Of a stretch of DNA of 64,000 bases, positions 59,424 to 64,000 are shown piece by piece (within the stretch, counting starts at the first letter, position 1; the number at the start of each line of letters is the position of its first letter). The notes below the pieces were generated by a model. That model ran no database searches, was not told the origin of the DNA, and saw nothing but the letters and a program-made list of their open reading frames with translations. Where the stretch lies: NCBI GenBank assembly GCA_904063045.1, contig CAJFCJ010000007.1:1867404-1931403 (forward strand). The letters are read 5' to 3'. Origin of the DNA: Dimorphilus gyrociliatus (taxonomy: Eukaryota > Animalia > Annelida). The position numbers and the translations under genes were made by a program.

Positions 59424-61078
59424 ATTTATTCTCAATACTTCAATATGTGGCTCTTAATTAAAGAGTATCAAACATTGGTATGAAAGACATCGAGAAATTC
59501 TCATATATAAGCACTTTCCTATTACATGTATTTGTGCAATAAAAGCTATTGCAAGCGATTGCCAAGAATGACTCATTCTTTATTTATCATTGGTCAATAT
59601 AATTATAATTTTCTAATGCAATGATTTTAGAATATCTTGCATCTAGTAAATAGAATAAAAATACGACAGGTCTGGATTTAATTTTTTTTATTTACTTCTT
59701 TGTATAAATTTTTGAAAACAAAAAATTTGTTTGATTATTGATAAAATCTTAAACATAATGTAGCATGTAATCTACAAAAAAAAATCAAGCACATGTCTAA
59801 GTGGGGCACGTATCTCGTTAAACTCATCTGTCGTTTTCCCTTATCGGTATCAATAGATATCATTTGCATAAAGATATATTTTACTTTGATTATAAGAAAC
59901 AGGGTTATCGTAATATTTGACTCTATGGCGTCTTTTCGATTTTATAAACAAAATATCTGAGTCAGTCCGCGATAAATACTATCCTAGAATGTTTCACAAT
60001 TCTAAATGACTCATCATTTAAATTTGTGTACTAAGCAGATCATTTACAAAAATATGCATTTTTAAATGTTATTGAAATTGAAACCATTTTATAATTTTAT
60101 ATTATTATTTGAAATTCTCAAAAATAGAGCAAAAAGTTTATATACATTTGTGGAGGTTGACGCATATTTGTCATACATAGTAGATTTTTTATGGTCGATT
60201 TTTTGATAAAAAACCAGCTAATAGGCTTTCTCGTTAACTTTATATACCCACTGCCTTTTACAATATCTGTCTAGGTTAAATACAAATTCTGCCTCGTATA
60301 TTTTGACTTAAGTTATAATTCACAATTTGCAATATATGATGACTTTTTTTTGTCCAATGCTCACAATAAGGGTAGAATAATTTAGGGTAAAAGTTTTTTT
60401 TACGACATTGCCGCTTTCACTTTTTGCACGAAAATATCTATAAAATGATATATTACGTTCTGTTTTGTTCTTAAAATGGTCTTTGAATATCAAAGGTGAG
60501 TTGAGCGTGCAAAAAATTTTAGGGGACCAAAAATGTATACTTTTATCTATAAGTATAATATGTAGACAAAAGTATTTAAGATTACAATACTATGCTTCAA
60601 AGTTCAAAGAAAAGTAGGTCTGCTTTTTATACACCACACCACATGAAACGGGAAGGTAGGGGTGTCAGCTGAGTACTAGTAAATCATAATTAACTATTGG
60701 TTTTTACTTATCGACCTTTATAGTTCGTATAGTAAATTTAAAAAATAATTGTTTTGATGATAACTTTACAACTCAAAAAGTTCACACACTATAGTATTTT
60801 TTATCGTATTTTTATTTTTTTTTTAGTGATAATTTACATATCTCGTGTGAAATTAAGAAAAAACAGTAGTAATCTATAATATTATTAATTTCAGATTATC
60901 AGTGTAAATCTTTTTTCCTATCACTTTTATTAAAAATGTGATTCTTTGTAGAAATTAGGTCAAGAAAGGCGGGATATTTTTAAAAAGACTCCCCGTGTAA
61001 GTTCACTCTTTATGCTATCAGAATGCTCAGTGTATAATACAAATGCTTGCAAAAATATGTATTTCAACTGCTCTTTCA

Positions 61079-64000
61079 TCATACTGGGAATACATCATTT
61101 TGTATATGATTTGAATGAATTATAATCATTTCAGCTGCATTTAATCGTCCTTCTGTTTCATCCAAATTGCATAATGACATAGCTTGTTCAAGACTAATTC
61201 TCCCGGGATATAATCGTATTAAACGTCCCAACTGAAAATATTGAAATAGAATTCACAAATTAAAGCCACTGTTATTTGTTAAGAAATTATAATGTGGGAA
61301 ATTACCAAAGATGCCGGTAGGTGTTTTTTAAGAAGGTTTATTGTATGCTGACCCGCAGTGATCATTTCTGAAATAAATCCATAAACAAATCCAATTCGTT
61401 TATTAATACTTCCTCGACATGACAGATTTGCCATTAAGAATTCTTTACCTAAAACGGGGACATTCAATGATTAAATTAATCGTAAGATTTCGAAATTATT
61501 ACTCACAAAAAGCTGAGAATTCTCTTTCTATAACATCCTCTTCTTCAGTCTCTTCCGTTTCCATTTTAACTAATGCGAGAAAGAAATAATATTATTTATC
61601 CTAAACACTTACAAAGAAAAAGGTTTATTCTTACTGTGAAAGGGTGATGAGGGAGAAAGTTTTGATCTTTTGGATGGTATCTCATCAGTATCATTTAATC
61701 GAAAATCGTCAACTAATTTCCTTTTGTTTATTATCTCTCTGCCTAAAAACAATACGCGTTAAAAAGAAATTCAGAATCAAATTCAGGTTAAGTACCTCGG
61801 AAATACTCGGAAAGCATTAACGTTAAAAGCCGAGAGATAACACGACCTTTTGGGTCCTCAATGTGAGTTGGGGAAAAACCGAGACCATTTATCATGTTAG
61901 GTAGCGTATGCTAAAAATGCAAAAAATCTATCTTAAATATAATGAAAATTTCTGCTAATATCATTACCTTTAAAAGTGTGGTTAGCATTTTTTCTCTATC
62001 AAATGAAAAAAGTAAATGTAATATACATATTCCTTTTGTCAGATCTTCTATCCTGTCTTCTTTAAGAGTCTCTTCTAACAGTATTTTACAAAAATGTTGC
62101 ACATTCATTAAGCTTAAACTATATCGAAATTTGTGGATGTCTGACGTTTTAACAAATCCAGCACTTAGAATGTCTCTAAACACCTTTAACAAATAGTCTT
62201 CAACGTTCAAATCTTCTTCTATAAAGTAGAAAGGAACATGCTGATTTCCCGCATTGGCCAATAATACCAGGGGGTTTCTTACATCATCAACAATTTTTTC
62301 CAAAAGTATGCCCCTATCTTCCGTATTACTCCTGCTAAAATGGTCAGCTAGATCTACTGCTTTTATCCGCTTGGAATGTTCTAACAGATTTGCATAGCTA
62401 CAAAGCCATACGGCCATTACGGCCGCTATAGAGCACATTTCGCTTTTAATATTGAAAACGATTTCCTGTAGTTAAAAATTGTCGTCAAGTTGGAAAATGA
62501 AATGTGAAAGGAACTCTTACGGAAATACAATATTCATCAGGAAAATTGTTATCTATGTGGGATTTTACAATGAGACTATAAGCTTTCATAACAGAAAAAC
62601 ACACTCGCACCCAGTCAAAGTTAGAATCGATTTCCCTAAAATTAAAAATCTTCAGTTGAAGAAAAAAAATATCTTATGAAAACATACCGAAATGGAACTC
62701 TTCTAGATCGTAACATATTTTCAAGAATATAGTTAACAAGACTTTCATCCTGTTCAGTCTCAAACATACAAGGGACCATATATTTTCCAAATTTATCAGG
62801 TAAACAAGTCATTAAAAATGAAAATAGGGCGGTTTTCTGATCGCTTTCGTTTACTTCAAATAAAGTCTACAAGAAATTAATATTTCATTAAATTTTCACA
62901 AAAATTTCATAGGTAAAAAACCTCATTGCCATGATTTAATGTTATTGCTATCAACATTAGTAACGAAATATCAAAAATGGAGCTTCCTTCTAATTGAGAT
63001 TCGCTTCGACTAATGTACATTTGAGTGAAGCTAATAAAAAAAAATTTCCGTTTAAAACTATTCGTATAACGAAATTAGATAACTAACCGAAAAAAAGTTG
63101 AGGTCAAAGTTTTCAAAGTCATGGTGAAAGAAGCCGCCGTTGTTAATAGACCGAAGCTTTTACCAGATATCAAATTGTTCAATATTGTTGATAAACTTTC
63201 CGATGGAGGAGAGTTATCAATTTGATCATCGTATTCCTGACCTAACCTAACCTAAATGAATTAGATAGATTAGTTAATGTAATTATTAAAAAACCTTAAT
63301 ATCTACCACTCGATCTAAAATGCTCTCAAGGGGTTTTTGGGCTTTGATGATAAAACAGCATGAAGGAGCATTTGAGGGTGAATAGTGCCATAGTTCTTTA
63401 CGTTCGACATCCGGCAATAATGAATGTAATTCCCTATGATAGTTTCGATTGAAACAGTAAGAACTTTATTTTTATAAGTTTATTTTAATTCACCTGAGAG
63501 AGTGTAATTTCCTTTCTTGTTCTTCTGAGATAATTTTGTGTTTGTCGCGTAGTTCACTTAGAAAAAACCCCAATGTATTACATCTGTAATAAACAAAACT
63601 TTTAATTTATTAATTATATCATATATAGAAATTACCCAGCCCGTTTATCCGCCTTGTCAAATAAAGATCCATACTTGACCAACATCTCAAGGGCAGAAAA
63701 AAGATTCAAGTTACCACATGATTCTAGTTGAACCATCTGCTTTAATACCAATGGCACCTATAAAGTATTATTGTTAGTGCAAGTTCAAAAAAAGACATAT
63801 TTATTGGTTACCTTTAGATATAAATGAGCATTTACTTTTATTTCATCATCATTGTCTGTGCCGTCATGCAAGGTTAACCAGCTGGCTCTCAAAAATTCTT
63901 TGTATAATTTACAACGTTTTAAGTCGTGTAGCTTTTCCAAATTCAATAAACAATTGACAACTGTATCTGTTTGACTTGGTTGATGAACAGCTTCCATTGC
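61079..64000 (-). CDS. MED24: Mediator subunit 24, 5' end outside window
   Basis: ILNNLISGKSFGLLTTAA, IFDISLL, MCSIAAVMAVWLCSY and FCKILLEETLKEDRIE resemble human MED24 (MLSGKSLDLLLAAA, VCSLAVCAVAWLVAH, FCNNLIKELLKETRKE) as I recall it. Confidence 0.85.

Noticed and set aside
59481-59490. TGAAAGACAT, matching the first 10 nt of miR-71
   Set aside because: The rest of the mature sequence does not match and there is no hairpin.
63241-63255. (CCTAA)3 as an interstitial telomere
   Set aside because: Only three units, inside a 70-nt intron; treated as a splice-site feature instead.

Overview
Gene-dense, AT-rich animal (metazoan) genomic DNA with mostly 50-70 nt GT-AG introns. I can support 28 protein-coding genes in 64 kb, two of them truncated at the window edges. 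The compaction, the intact bilaterian gene set and a double-homeodomain TALE gene suggest a miniaturised spiralian, possibly an annelid such as Dimorphilus (inference only). Gene order: Rab2(-), delta-COP(+), integrin beta(+), IGF2BP/IMP(+), Vps41(-), POU6(+), TRAP-alpha(+), CYHR1(+), macoilin(+), TAF12(-), TMEM19(+), double-TALE homeobox(-), PTH-receptor-like class B GPCR(+), SUEL-lectin membrane protein(-), small Ig protein(+), CCDC47(-), FMRFamide-receptor-like GPCR(+), Aur1-like IPC synthase(-), C/EBP(-), C/EBP-gamma(+), ORMDL(-), TRIP13(+), MINDY3(-), URI1(+), cyclin E(-), BtpA(+), RGG-TROVE/vWA protein(-), MED24(-). I recognised no rRNA, tRNA, CRISPR array or transposase. Highlights: a fungal-type Aur1 inositol-phosphorylceramide synthase homologue in an animal, close to ORMDL; a two-homeodomain TALE repressor; an integrin beta that has lost its MIDAS residues; two convergent genes whose stop codons interlock on one TTAA; a candidate 9-nt microexon; and several gene pairs that are also neighbours in human. 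Exon boundaries were read by eye, and all homology calls are from motif recall, not database searches.
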